In this document: piece after piece, positions 50,693-63,601 of the stretch
Layout: each line of letters begins with the position of its first letter
Numbering within the stretch: position 1 is the first letter of the stretch
Assembly (NCBI RefSeq): GCF_025526975.1
Contig: NW_026515679.1
Location: forward strand, 620,001 to 684,000
Source of the DNA: Fimicolochytrium jonesii
Taxonomy: Eukaryota
DNA length: 64,000 nt
Reading direction: 5' to 3'
Made by a program: the position numbers and the translations under genes
Notes under the pieces: generated by a model
What the model was told of the DNA's origin: nothing
What the model saw: the letters and a program-made list of their open reading frames with translations, nothing else
The model's database searches: none

Positions 50693-53600
50693 ATGGCAAC
50701 AGCGCAAAGCTTTTCGTCACCCGTCCGGGCGCCAGCACGGGTCGACGATTGGGACACTCGATTTGCATTATCCGACCTCCAGAAGAGCGGAATCGCGCTG
50801 GTACAGGAAGCATGTGCGATGTTGCCAACGAAACAGGTGCGAAGAGTTCTGCAAGGCTTCGTTAGCCTTCAGGATTTCACTCAGGAGGGCTGGATTGACA
50901 ATTCCCGAAAATTCCGTCAGGATAGATCACCGAGACCGATGACGACGATGACCACGCGGCGGCGAACATTTCCGGGTTGGAAGGAGGGGTGGAAGAGGTG
51001 TCGGTGCTGAATGTGAAACAGCCCGTGGAGACCAACCAGCAGTTTTTCAACTGGTTTGAGAAGATTGAGGAGGATATGGAACGGGGGCAGGAGGAGGTGT
51101 ATAGGTGAGGGAGAGAGAGGTCTCCAAGCATGGGGGCGATTCCCGATTATTACGGGGTTGTTGTAAAGTCAAAGTTATGACTGTGCTGAACAACTACGTC
51201 CAGAGCACACCTCTCCACCCTCTACGGCCACCTCACCGCCTGCGACTCCATCCTCACCCGCGTCCAACACACCTCCACCCTCCTCGACTCCCTCCAACAA
51301 AACTACGAATCCGTCGAACAGCGCACCAAAGCCCTCCAAAACGCCTGCGAGAAGCTGCTCGCGGAACAAAACTCCCTGAGCGATATGGCCCGTCACCTCG
51401 CCGAGCGGTTGGAGTACTTCAATGAGATTGAGCCGATTGCGAAATTCTTTGCGGCGCCGGGGGATCAGGTGTGCTTGGATGATAAGTTTGTGCCGACGTT
51501 GTTGAGGTTGGATGAGTGTTTGGTGTTTGTTCAGAATCATGTACGTTTGGATGAGTCTTTGAAGGGCGTTTTGGTGATGGGTGGAGTGCCGGACTGACTG
51601 GATCGGTACGTCGAGTAGATGCAATATAGGGATGCGGAGCTATACCTGATGCGATTCCGACAATGTATGACGCGCGGACTGACGCTTATCAAGATGCATT
51701 ATGTGCAGACACTACGGGCGTTAATGGCGGATATCAAGGAAAAAATTGCCAACAGGGTACGTAGCGACGGGAAAGGGTGTGCTGGAAATGCAGTCCATCA
51801 TGGCTCCTCTCCTAAACCAAGATGGGACCACATTTGCAGGGCCCAAAAGAACCCCTCACCCCCAACCTCCAACTCTCCCTGTTCTACGTCAAATTCCGTA
51901 CCATCGCACCTGCGCTGCGGTTCCTTCTAGCTCAGCTCGAGGCCCGGTGCGAAAATCACCCAGAGTATGTCAAGCTTTCATGTTCGGAGTATCAGAATGC
52001 CGTGGATCTGATTATGTTTTGTGTAGGTACTTTGCGTTACTGGGAGATTGTCTGTCGACCTACTTCCAGGTGCGGAAATCGCTGCTGGATCCCTATATTG
52101 CGGCGCATATACAGGCGTTTTTGGAGACGGGGGACATTCTGACTATGGTAAGGATGATACTCTTTGAATTGAGGTCGAAGGGTGATTGCTCATTGGACGG
52201 ACTTGGGACTTTTGCATTTGTAGTCGCGAAGTGGTTGCGCCTATGTGCTACGGCTTTGCGCAGATGAGGTGGCGCTGTTTCACCAGTTCTTTCATCTTGG
52301 GGAGGATCAACTTGCGTACGTTCCAATTCAGCTCTCCTTATCCTGGCCATTTGCGGTATATGGCTTATCAACTCCTGCTTCTTAACCCCACAGAGCCTAT
52401 CTGGACTCCATCACAACGCACCTATATGATATACTCCGCCCCCTAATCTTGCGCGAGCAGCGAATAGACGCCCTCTCAGAGCTCTGCCAAACCCTCCAAA
52501 TCTACCTCGACTCCCCCGACCTCACGACCAGCGTCCCGCACCAACAAGGCAGCACCGACAACCTCGACACCATCAACGAGCCACCCAAACCCAAACCCAT
52601 CGAATCGGTCGTCAGCCAGATCCTCGAAGACGCGCAGCAGCGACTCGTGTTCAGGAGCCAGCAGTATATCCGCGAGGAGATTGAAGGGTTCACGCCGCGG
52701 GAGGAGGAGTTGGCGATTTTGGCTAGGGGGAGGGGGTTGCCGCAGCCGATTGCGATTCAGTCGGCGTATAGTGTTGCGCCGGTGTTGACGGATGCGGGGG
52801 CGAACCCGGACGGGCCGGCGGTGCTGGATGTGGAGAATGATGAGGATGACGAGGAGGACGAGGAGGACGAGGAGGACGAAGCGGTCGCTGGTGATGCCCC
52901 CGAAACTCCCGCAGGACAACCTGTGCAGTCCACCACCACCCGCACATCCGAACAACCCTCCGCGAGCGCCATCGGGAAACTCGTCTTTGGCGGCGGCGAA
53001 TGGTACCCCACCATGAACCGAACCCTCTACATCCTCGGCAAGCTCTACCACTGCGTCCCGAACCCCACCTTCGAAGGTCTCGCGCAGGAAGCCGTCGACA
53101 GCTGCCGTGAGTCCCTCCTCTCCGCGTCCACCATCATCACATCCAAACAAACAAAATTGGACGGCCAGTTCTTTCTGATTAAGAATTTGATGATGCTGAG
53201 GGAGCATATCACGCCGTATGGGTTGCAGTTTGTGAGGCGCGAGGAGCAGGTGCTGGATTTTGGAGCATTGAGGGAGGCTGTGGGGGTTGTTATGGGGAGT
53301 AGCTGGGATTTGGGGGGGTTGGCGAGGGTGGGGAAGGGGTTGTTGAGGGGGGCGCCGGTTGTTGTGGAGAGTTATGCGGATGCTAAGCAGGTGAGGATGG
53401 GCATTCAACATTTGGGCTTCGTTTGTGGAATTCTGATTGTTTTTGGTTTGTTGTGACGTACTCCCTTAGGCCGTGGATCAAGACCTCAAACGCGTCTGTG
53501 AAGAATTCATCCTCGAGACCGCGCGCGCGTGCGTCGATCCCTTGACGGCGTTCATGGTGCAAGTTTCGCAGCTCAGGAGCCGGGCGCCCAAATCGAGGGA

Positions 53601-54169
53601 GCCGCTGATCAAGCAGGGGTTTGGCACGTCTGGTAAGTCGACGTCAGCTCACTTCAGTGTGCTCTGTTTCGTAAACTGAAGTATGTTTGTTGGTGAGTAG
53701 AAGCGGTCCTAGCGACATTCAACGCCTTCCGCAAAGCGATGCAGGAGAATGTCGGCGCAGCCGTCGGGAAGATGACGGATTATCTTGGCGATCGGAAGAC
53801 GGAGACGGTGCTTGTGCGGGTTATCAAGGTATGATATCCCCTCCTTTCCCGGCCCTTCCCTGCCCCTCACATCACTAAATCACTAATCCCTCACACCCAC
53901 CACAGTCAAACATCGTAGAAACCTACTCAGCCTTCCACGCAACCATCGCGTCCGAGTACGACTACGCCGTCATGAAGAACCTGGCCTCGGTCGTGGATGT
54001 TGCCGCGGCGGTGGATGCGATTTGTCGGTCGAGGAGGGCGAGTATGCGGTTGCCGTTGGATTTGCCGACGCCTGTACGAGGAAAGGGACAGCAGCAGGGG
54101 GTGGAAAGGGAGGCGGAGGTGGAGATGATACCGGTGGATGATGGGGGGGATGAGGCGGTTGGGCAGTGA
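50693..54169 (+). CDS. COG3: Conserved oligomeric Golgi complex subunit 3 (Sec34), multi-exon
   Basis: LQNACEKLL, YRDAELYLMRFRQCMTRGLTLIK, LYDILRPLILRE, ILEDAQQRLVFR, WYPTMNRTL, DGQFFLIKNL. Confidence 0.93.
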
Positions 54170-54469
54170 TTGATTTGGTGGTGTCCTGTACTTAGTCCTT
54201 CGATGAGGTGTATGGAGCTACTCTCCCGTTTGTACATCCGTATACCGCTCTGTGACATCTATCTATACAATGCCCTGTTTCGTTTCCCGTTAACAGTGGA
54301 TGTTAGATCTAGAGTACATATGCCGTCCTCCCTGTTGGCTCTTGTTCCGGTCGGCGTCCCGTCGAGCCCCAGGTTCCGCACAGAAGTGACAGCGCGTCCC
54401 GCCGACCTCAAAAGTGACGGACTCGAACTCCAGCCTTCCTCGCCTTTCCACCTTTCCCACCGCACACTA

Positions 54470-55953
54470 ATGGCCGCCTCCGACCTGGCCCCACCACCCG
54501 TAGGCCTTACGCCTACCTTTACCCAAGCCCTTCTGGTAAGAAGCCACGTTGTCTGAACCCGGCGCGTTGATTAGACTCATAGGGTGATTTGTTGACAACT
54601 GATCTCGACAGGCGGGCGGAGCGGCGGGCACGGCGGTGGACACGGCGTTGTTTCCGCTGGATACGATCAAGACTCGTTTGGTTAGTAGGGTGTGACCTCA
54701 ACGGGGCCGTGGAGAGGTGCAGAAGATTTTGAGATGTGGGCATGCGAGTACTCCGACCCACCATGCCGCGACAACCCCGAGTTAGGAAACTCCGCCGCGC
54801 TGAGGAAGACGCCCGCTGACCCTTGTCTTTTTCTGAAATTTCACACAGCAAGCCAAAGGCGGGTTCTGGGCACATGGGGGATTCAAGGGGATCTATCGCG
54901 GGTTATCGTCGGCGGTGATCGGTTCGGCTCCTGGAGGTGGGTCCATCCTTGGGAGCCACCCTTGAGGACGGGGTTCCGGCGCTGACTATGCCTTGGATGG
55001 GTTTGTCTCTCGCAGCGGCGGCGTTCTTCGTCACCTATGAAGCAATCAAAGAACGCGCAGGGATCTGGCTCCCCGGGCTGAAATCCACCGATGCTGCTGT
55101 ACATATGCTTGCTGCGTCGGGGGGTGAAGTGGTAAGTTCTCGCCCTTCCCGTTTCTCACGAGCTTTTGTCTCACACGACGGGGTCAGGCAGCATGCTTCG
55201 TCCGCGTGCCAACGGAGGTCATCAAGCAGCGCATGCAGACGGGACAGTACCAGAGCGTCGTGCAGGCTGTAAGGTCGATTCTTGCTGTGGATGGGTTGGG
55301 TGGGTTTTATAGGGGGTATGCTATGACGATATTTCGAGAGGTGCGTGCCTCGTGTGCTGGGATGATTCACGTGGCGTGTAGAGGTTGTTGGGACGATCGT
55401 CGAGTCATTTTGTTCACCCTTTTTTCCCGACTTCAGATTCCGTTCACCTGTATACAGTTCCCATTATATGAACGGCTGAAGGTACCTAGACAGTGGGCAC
55501 TGCGATCCTCTATTCGCCTATGCAGAACCACATCTCTGACACACTGTCGTAACAGCAAATATGGGCGCAAAAGACCAACCGGCAAAGTGTAAACGCCGGT
55601 GAAGCCGCCCTATGCGGCTCCGTCTCCGGCGGCATCGCAGCGGCGCTGACCACACCCCTCGACGTGGTCAAGACGCGAATCATGCTGGGGACTAAGGTAC
55701 ATCTCTCATATCTCATCAACCGACCAGCCAATTCTGCCTCTCCCTGTCTGACATCCCCATCCCGCAGAGTATAACACCAACAACCCAAACCATCTCCCCC
55801 GGCATCCTGCCCACCTTCACCAGCATCATCCGCGAAGAAGGCGCTGGCCGCCTCTTTGCGGGCGTCGGGCCCCGCGTCATGTGGATATCGATTGGTGGAA
55901 GCATCTTTTTGGGCGTTTATGAGGGTGCTAAGGATTTTTTGGTGCGGGTGTGA
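54470..55953 (+). CDS. PET8: Mitochondrial S-adenosylmethionine carrier (SLC25A26/Pet8), multi-exon
   Basis: AGTAVDTALFPLDTIKTRLQ, GSAPGAAAFFVTYE, RVPTEVIKQRMQ, REIPFTCIQFPLYE, TTPLDVVKTRIML, PRVMWISIGG. Confidence 0.92.
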
Positions 55954-56577
55954 AAGGCAAGATTCAGGCAGTGGGATACGTCCCCTCGACGCACACAGAG
56001 CGACAAATACCAAACCTGCGGACTTGGTCCTTACTACAAGCATGCTTGTGACACATATGCCCCCGCTTTTGAGTCCCGTCTCCGCTTCGGGATCCGCCTG
56101 GATGCCATGAGGAGACGCGTAGCTTAGGTCTAGACTCCGCCTAGATCTGCTTCTGATTCAGCATTTTCATGTCTGCCCTATCGCCATCTCATAGCGGACT
56201 TGCGGAGCCTGGGAATAGATGTGCACCAATGATGGGAACTGTACATGTAGATCTAGACAAACAGCATTGATACTTTGCAAATGTAGAATATGTAATGGAT
56301 CAGTTAAACCTGCAGGTGCAGACAGCTCCCTTCCCCATTTGTGAAAAGTTAAGTCAAATCGCACATGCAATACAATCCTTTTGGAAGCTGACCTTTGAAA
56401 GTATGATACATAATGTTCAATACAAACAATCTCCAATACGATGTCAAATACATATGGAGCAAAACTTAGTTAGTCCCCACCACTGTCCAACTCTGCCGCC
56501 TCCTCAGTAGGCACGCATGCACTTCCACCGTCACATTCAATAGAGCTTTGATGGATGTCTAGCCTTTGTTCCATCGT

Positions 56578-58331
56578 TCAAATGGCCCGCGCTACCGCCT
56601 CCCTGCTCGGGCCCCATCTGTTGTTCAAGCTAGCACCACCCGCGCCCCCGCCGCCGTGAGCACCCCCAGGCGATTTGGACCCTGCGATCCGTTTCCGCAG
56701 CGTTTCCTTGATGGAAGCGAGCGTCGGTTGTGCGGCGGCTGATGGTGATGTATCGCCGCCCATCATCGGTGAGTTCGTTTTGCCCTGTTGCGCGTCGGCA
56801 GGGAGTTTAGGTACAGCCGCTGCGGGCGCCGTCGTGGTCTCGGGCGTTCCAAACAACACGAACCAGATTTGTCGGACCCGTTCCTCCACAACAGTGCCGC
56901 GACATGCGTACCATGCCCCACCGGCTGCACCCAGGCCCACCAACACAGCCGCGCAGATCGCAACCACCAGTCCCCAGACCCACACCACACCAACAAAAAC
57001 CACCGCAGCCACCCCAGCACCACGCGCAACCCCCCACACAACCCCCTCCGCCCCTCCTTTAACCCACCACGGGTTATTCCCCCGCCCCCACCTGCTCGCC
57101 CTCACCCTCCCACCCCCACCCCCTCTCTCCCTCCGCCACATTCGTATAGCATGCCGCCCCGCGCTCGTCTCCCGCAACGTCCGCACGCGGGCCCGAACGT
57201 GTGGCGGAAGCTCGGAGAGCGAGGGCATAAGCAGCGTGAGGTTCTCCGCGAAGGTGTCGGTTTGCGAAGAAGGGAAGAGGACGGGGATGCAGTGAGCGGC
57301 GAAGGTGATGTCGGCGGCGGTCAGGTGTGGGGCGGCGATGTAGGGTTTCTTGGGTTTATGTTTTTTCGTGGTCGTGGTCGGTGTGTGTGCGGTGGAGATG
57401 GGTTGGGCCCGAGCGACGCTGTCGAGTTCCTCCCCAACCCGCTCAAACACCTCCTCCACTACCCGCCACGCCGCCTCCACGTCCCGCACCCACCCGCCGC
57501 GCACCGTCCACACTCCCTCACACCACCCCAGCCAGACCCTCATCACGGGCCAGGTGACCTCCGCGAGGGTGCGCCAGGTGTTCAGATGCACGACGTCGAG
57601 GATGTATTTTTGGGAGAGGGTCGGGCTGGGCAGGATGGTGGATAGGAAGATGATGCGTGCTGCGGGGTGGAGGCGGGTGTCGAAGTAGGTTTGGAGGTCG
57701 AGGGCGCTGGGGGGCGTGAAGAGCCGGAGGGTGGAGGAGAGGGAGTGGGCGAAGAGGTAGGTGTAGATGTCGGTTGGGGAGCGTTTGAGGACCTATGCCG
57801 ATGATTGAGATGGATGTGTGAGTCTATAGGGTTGGGGAATCCGTAGCCGCCGGACGTAAAGGAGGAATTGGATACATACCTCACCCTTCCCACTCTTGAA
57901 CACGGGCACCTTGAGCTGTTGCGGCCTCGGCGTGGGGTCCGAGTAGCCCAGCGTCGCCCAGATATGCAGGCCCCATGGCAGCGACTCCTCGACGTACGAG
58001 ATCCCATGCCGATCGAGCGCCCATCTGACTGCCTCTATATGAAATCGTCCAGGATAGCAGTTAGCAAGGCCGTCACGAAGTTTTGTGAACCCATACATAA
58101 CGCGCAAAACCCACCACAATGTGAATCCCACGGCACAGCAAGTAACACGCCCTTCGGCCTTCCCCCATCCGCCGCCGCGAGCGCCTCCAATCGCAGCGTG
58201 GCCGCGACTTTCTCTTTCTCCTTAACGAAGCGACGTTGTGATGGGGCGCTGCTGTTGTCGTCCTCGGATGAGGAGGAGGAGGAGGAGGAGTAGTCGGGGA
58301 GGTTGTCCCATTTTTTGTAGTTTAGGCCCAT
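56578..58331 (-). CDS. Glutathione S-transferase-like protein with a C-terminal hydrophobic (membrane) extension; 3 exons
   Basis: Spliced AVPWDSHCEAVRWALDRHGISYVEE...KVPVF (GST-N), LTAADITFAA (GST-C), then a long hydrophobic stretch. Confidence 0.72.
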
Positions 58332-58633
58332 TTTTTTTGGAGGGGGATGTCGTTGCGTTGCTGGAGAGAAAACGATATGATGCTAGATACAGCTGGCCTG
58401 GAGAAAAGGGAAGCTGGCGTGAGCGAGGGTGTTCTGGGACGGTTGCTTGTTCGCAAGAGGGTGTTGCAAGCCGAGGGACGCGTTTGGGAAGACGAGAAGG
58501 GACGCGTCAAAGGTCCATCCCGCCTCGCGTGACTTCACACCTCCGGATGCAAGCGAGGCAAGTGTTGACTTGCCCACCACCCCATCATCGCCCTCTTAAC
58601 TTCATACCACTCCCACCAGCTCCAACCCAAGTC

Positions 58634-59548
58634 ATGCCCTACCTCCTCGTCCGCCCCCCAGCAACCTCCCTCGCTGACGGAATCGTCACCCACCTGGAGC
58701 GCAAACCCGTCGACTACGAGAAGGCAACCGAGCAATGGAGTCAGTACGTCAAGACTATTAGTGAGGAGGGGTAAGTTCGTTGGTGAGGGGAAGGAGGAGT
58801 TTTGGGGAGCAAATGGTGCAGGCGTCGTGTGTGCTACGGATAACTGCACGAGCATGGTACTCATTTCTCATCTCGACCACCATTCTCGCACGCCCACAGC
58901 GGTTTCACACCCCTCCATGCCCCGCAATCCAACACCCACCCCGACTCCGTCTTCATCGAAGACAAAGTCCTCATCGTTGGTCCCTTAGCCATCCTCTGCA
59001 ACTCACCCTCAACCTCCGCGCGCCACGGCGAAGCCCCCGGCGTCCTCACGACCCTCCAATCCCTCCCCAATTTGCGCCTAGAATCCCTCCCACCCCACTG
59101 CCTCGTCGACGGCGGCGACGTTCTCAAAATCGACAAAACCGTCTACATCGGTCTTAGCGGACGTACCAACCAGGCCGCGCACGACCATATCCGGGATCTG
59201 ATCACGCCGTTGGGGTATACGTTGGTCTCGCTGCCCGTGACAAAGACGTTGCATTTGAAAAGTCAGATTACCGCGTTGCCCGATGGGACGGTTATCGGGT
59301 ATGCGCCGCTTGTGGATGATGTGGGGCTGTTTGCAAAATTGGGGAGGAAGTTTGTGGGCGTGCCGGAGCCGGAGGGGGCCGCGGTGGTGTGTCTGGGAGG
59401 GAGGAAGGTTGCGTTGTCGGCTACTGCGGTGGGAACGAAAGCGTTGTTGGAGGGGCTCAGGTGGGAGGTTGTGACGGTCGAGATTGGGGAGTTTGAGAAA
59501 TTGGAAGGGTGTCCGACTTGTTTGAGTGTGAGGATACGTGATGTTTGA
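58634..59548 (+). CDS. DDAH: N(G),N(G)-dimethylarginine dimethylaminohydrolase; one intron 58771-58899
   Basis: LVRPPATSLADGIVTH, HPDSVFIED, VDGGDVLK, GRTNQ, LHLKS, EFEKLEGCPTCLSV (catalytic D, H and C motifs present). Confidence 0.92.
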
Positions 59549-59769
59549 GTGACGCCCGTGGAGTCAAGTTTCCAGCGCATGTCCGTGGTTTCCATCAAAA
59601 GGGTCGACATTTTGGCGCGGTCTCGAAGGACAACGTAAATAGCATTGGTAAATAGAAAAGGACAACGTGTGGAATATAATGAAACGTATATATGATGCAG
59701 TTGAAAGAATACAAATGCGAGAGAACGGTTCCTTTGATTCTCTATCCGTACGTCGACGAGGGAAGGAGA

Positions 59770-60627
59770 CTACGGCCTGGTCGCAGTCTCATTCGCTTCG
59801 ACCTTCCCAAGCCCCGACGTCCCAGCAGCAGCCGCCGCCGTAACCTCAAAAGCCCCAGCAGCCCCAGCGGCCTCCTTCGCGGCATCATACTCCAAAAACT
59901 CATTATCTCTCAACCTCCTCTGTACAAAAAACGGCAACACCCTCGGGGCCATCCTCGTCTTCTGATCCTCCTCACTCACAAACTTGGTCCTCACAGGCAA
60001 ACACGCCGCCGCAACCCTCATCGCCTTCTCCGCCAACTCCTTCCTCACGCCCTTCACTTCAAACACGACCCTCCCCTCGGCTACGAAGGTCGCAAAGTAA
60101 TCCACCGCGCCTTTGCCTTTACCCATCCGCGTCTCGGCGCCCTTGGAGGTTACGGGGCGATCGGGAAAACATCGAAGGAAGAACCGGGAGCCTTTTTCGG
60201 ATTTGATGACTCGCCGGATCCCCGTGCGCGCCGCGTCGAGTTGGCGGTCGGACAAGCGGCCGCCTTCGAGGGCTTGCAGGCCGTAGTCGCCGTAATAAAC
60301 AGTAGATCCGCGGAGGGAGCCGCCGGAGTGGATTGGCCAGAAGCCTTTTTGGGCTTTTTTGTATTTGAGGCGGCGGGGGCGGAAGTTGGCGACGGCGTGG
60401 CGGTGTTGGGTGAATTGGAGTGCGTGCGGGGTTGGGGCGAGGGGGTGGAAGGGTTTGAGGAGGTTCGTTGGTGTTGGGGCGAAATGGGTGTGAGAGAGGT
60501 TGGAGCGGGTGCCTTGGAAGAGGAGGGAGGTGGAGAAGGATGCTGTTTGGGCAATGCGGAGGGCGGGTTGGAGCTTTGGACTGGCCTGCGAGGAGGCGGC
60601 TTTTGTTGATGCTAGCAGTCGTAACAT
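59770..60627 (-). CDS. MRPL16: Mitochondrial ribosomal protein uL16m, intronless
   Basis: PRRLKYKKAQKG, GDYGLQALEGGRL, FPDRPVTSKGAETRMGKGKG; N-terminal presequence. Confidence 0.95.
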   Translation of the reverse strand: MLRLLASTKAASSQASPKLQPALRIAQTASFSTSLLFQGTRSNLSHTHFAPTPTNLLKPFHPLAPTPHALQFTQHRHAVANFRPRRLKYKKAQKGFWPIHSGGSLRGSTVYYGDYGLQALEGGRLSDRQLDAARTGIRRVIKSEKGSRFFLRCFPDRPVTSKGAETRMGKGKGAVDYFATFVAEGRVVFEVKGVRKELAEKAMRVAAACLPVRTKFVSEEDQKTRMAPRVLPFFVQRRLRDNEFLEYDAAKEAAGAAGAFEVTAAAAAGTSGLGKVEANETATRP

Positions 60628-61322
60628 TGTTGTTTGTTGCGTTGGGTTGTGATTTTCGAATACGTAGCGACCAAGAAAAGCTATCGCCACTGTAATATCG
60701 TCACAACGAACTGCAGACAAAGGGCAAACGACTGTCGAACGAGGATATCCAAGGCCTCAACGATCGGGTCCACGCTCTATCCTTCCGCGCACAAAATCCA
60801 CGAAGGCCAGCCAATCGCGACCGACGTTCTGAGAATGCCAGCCGTTGGAAGCAGGGCAAGCTGGTTGCGAACCAAGATACCCGTGAAGCTGTTCGTCGCG
60901 ACTGCCTGCCTGCCTGCCTGCGTTCCTGCGTATGCCGGTTGAGGGTGGTTGGTGATTCCGAATTCGCCCTTGCCCAGTTGAGGAGGGGGTTGCGAGACCG
61001 CAAGTCACGTGGCCCGGATATAAAAGATCGGAGATTAAATGCTTCCCTTCTCTTTGTTTTCCCACCATCGCCCCCGCGCTTCTGCTTCTTGCACAGGACT
61101 TTCCGATGGGAGGGAATGACGACGAGTCTCATGCACATAGCATGCCTTTGAGGTCCAGGAATACGTCCATCCGGCCCCCCTCGCCACCAAGTCCATTCAA
61201 CCGTTCTCGGCAGCCGTATCGAAACCACGCGGATTCCTACTCCTCGACAACTCACGACTCGATGGCCCCGCTCGCTGCCCCGGCGGAGGTGCCACGGTAA
61301 GAGGAGCATCAGCTGGGGAAGC

Positions 61323-61934
61323 ATGGCGCTCCTGCTGGTGTTCCTCTCACTGTGGTATCTGCTCGTGCGTCGCGACTTCACCAAACGCAGCGAATACACA
61401 GAAGTGAGGACGACCCCCTGGGACGCCCGCGCCATCTTCGAGATATGCTCCAACCTCTCACCCTTAAACGTTATTATCGAGAAATGGTACGAAAAAGACT
61501 CTAGCATGGTTCCGGGTACGCTGATCTCATATGAAAGCGGGACCATTCCTGTGCTTTCTGGAACCCATCCTCGAACCTCCTCTGCACGGCATCGTCGTCC
61601 CGGACGACCATGGACCATCCAGAACAAAATTAGCGACATGTTAATGAAACACCTCCAGCATTTCCCGTTCCTGATTGAAGCGGCGCGCTATTTGCGGCTT
61701 CTTGTCGTACCTATCCCCGCGCTAGAGAAGGATTTCAAGGACTTAAAGATCCAAACAACGCGAGGGTGTAGCGGAGCTCAAGCGCGGTTGGCTGGTGTGG
61801 AAGCGGATATGGGCGCGTTGAAGATCCGGTTAGGGAATGTGGAGGTGCGGCAGCAGGCTGTGTTGGATTCTAACCGGGTGTGGCGGGAAGTGAATGAGGC
61901 GTCCAGGAGAAGAATGGTCAGGTCATGGGAGTGA
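61323..61934 (+). CDS. Hypothetical protein (N-terminal hydrophobic segment, C-terminal coiled coil); may be a relic
   Basis: 203-aa ORF only; no recognised family. Confidence 0.3.
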   Translation: MALLLVFLSLWYLLVRRDFTKRSEYTEVRTTPWDARAIFEICSNLSPLNVIIEKWYEKDSSMVPGTLISYESGTIPVLSGTHPRTSSARHRRPGRPWTIQNKISDMLMKHLQHFPFLIEAARYLRLLVVPIPALEKDFKDLKIQTTRGCSGAQARLAGVEADMGALKIRLGNVEVRQQAVLDSNRVWREVNEASRRRMVRSWE

Positions 61935-62508
61935 ACAGGGTGTTGAGGGGGGTGCCATGATAAACGAAAGCAGTGCGATTATGGGTAGGGGTTTCGGGTG
62001 TGTTGAGGAGGTTGTTGGCCGGAAGGATGAGAGGAAGACATCAGGTGGTTGCGGGATATGGCGAATCCGGTGTCCCGCAACCACCTTATGTCGGTGATAC
62101 TGTAACGGTTTCGAAGTTCAAGGACTCCCGTAGTGGTAGTCCATCTTCTGTTCTCATTGATGATTATTGAATTTGAGTAGTTCAGATCATGGTTTCCATT
62201 CAGAAAAGATTCCAAGACCATCACAATAATATGATGTTCTGCTTGGCATTTGATGAGGGCATCTGGGACCGGAGGAAGCCTGTCGCCCGTCGCATAGTTT
62301 TTGTTCAGACGCTGATGTGACCCGTCCGCTCGCACGCGCCATTTTGCGTCTAATCAAACTCAACTTTGCGCTGGATCCAGCAGCGAGCGGCCTTGTCGTC
62401 ACTCGTTCCTCCCGAGAAACCCCCTTGGACGGCAACCCCCTCCTCCCAACTCCACTCTGCTGGGTACTCAGACTACCTCCTTAGAGCTAACCGACACATA
62501 CACTCACC

Positions 62509-63601
62509 ATGTTCATCATAGACTGGTTCAAGAGCTTCCTCGCCGACTGGGGTACGTCTTCTCGTCTGGCCTCCTTACGTGTGGCGTCATCTTGCACTCT
62601 TCGCATCCCGCCCCGGAATCTTCCGCTAGTCCCTAAGAGGTTCTCAACGGTTTGGGTTCTCACGTTATGTTTCTGTTTTCCCCACAGGCCTGCTCAACAA
62701 GAACGCCAAGATTCTCTTCCTGGGTCTCGACAATGCTGGGAAGACGACGCTGTTGCATATGTTGAAGAATGATCGGCTTGCAACGCTTACGCCGACGCTT
62801 CATCCGAGTAGGTTTTTGCGGGGTCGGGGATTTGGGAGGGGAGGAAGGAGGGAGGGAGGTAGACAGGGAGGGAGAGAGGGAGGAGGGAGGTTGTCCAGGG
62901 GAGTGTGGATGGCGAAGTTGTTTGGCGGAGATGTGGAGTTCTCGCGAGCGGTGGCTATACGCTTTGCGAGAGCGGATGCGCTCTCTGAGGAGGTTTTCAC
63001 GCACGAGCGCTGGCGGGCGCTTTCTGCTTGGCGATCGATAGAGGGCAGTCGTACTATCTGTTCTGTGAGGTTCCGTCAACCTTTGCTTACCCGTTTCGTT
63101 TCGTTCCTATCCACTCAGCATCTGAGGAACTTCAAGTTGCCAACATCAAGTTCACCACATACGATCTGGGAGGGCACCAGCAAGCGCGGCGGCTATGGAA
63201 AGACTACTTCCCAGAGGTCCACGGAATCGTCTACCTCGTAGACTGCGCCGACCAGGAGCGATTCGCGGAATCAAAAGCCGAGCTTGACGTGAGTGTCGAT
63301 TACGCCCGTAAAGCGATCCCCATCTCAGTGTTGTGTACTCATCATGTCGTCTCCCGAAAAGGCCCTCCTCTCAATCGAAGAGCTCTCCAAAGTCCCCTTC
63401 CTGATTCTCGGCAACAAGATCGACGCCCGCGGCGCCGTATCGGAAGAAGAGCTCCGTCACGCGCTGGGCTTGTACCAGACCACGGGCAAGGGCAAAGTGC
63501 CGCTTGCCGACATCCGCCCCGTCGAGCTGTTTATGTGCTCGATTGTGATGAAGCAGGGGTATGGCGACGGGTTTAGATGGTTGTCGTTCTATATTCAATA
63601 A
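62509..63601 (+). CDS. SAR1: COPII small GTPase Sar1; 4 exons
   Basis: [63 protein letters not shown]. Confidence 0.97.

Noticed and set aside
52476..53411. Long antisense ORFs (also 7082-7729, 56788-57645, 59692-60609, 60701-61639)
   Set aside because: Most shadow real genes on the opposite strand, all are expected from high GC and skewed codon use, and none has a recognisable motif.
62250..62320. Possible box C/D snoRNA (TGATGA...CTGA) upstream of SAR1
   Set aside because: There is no recognisable rRNA guide or terminal stem, and motifs this short occur by chance.
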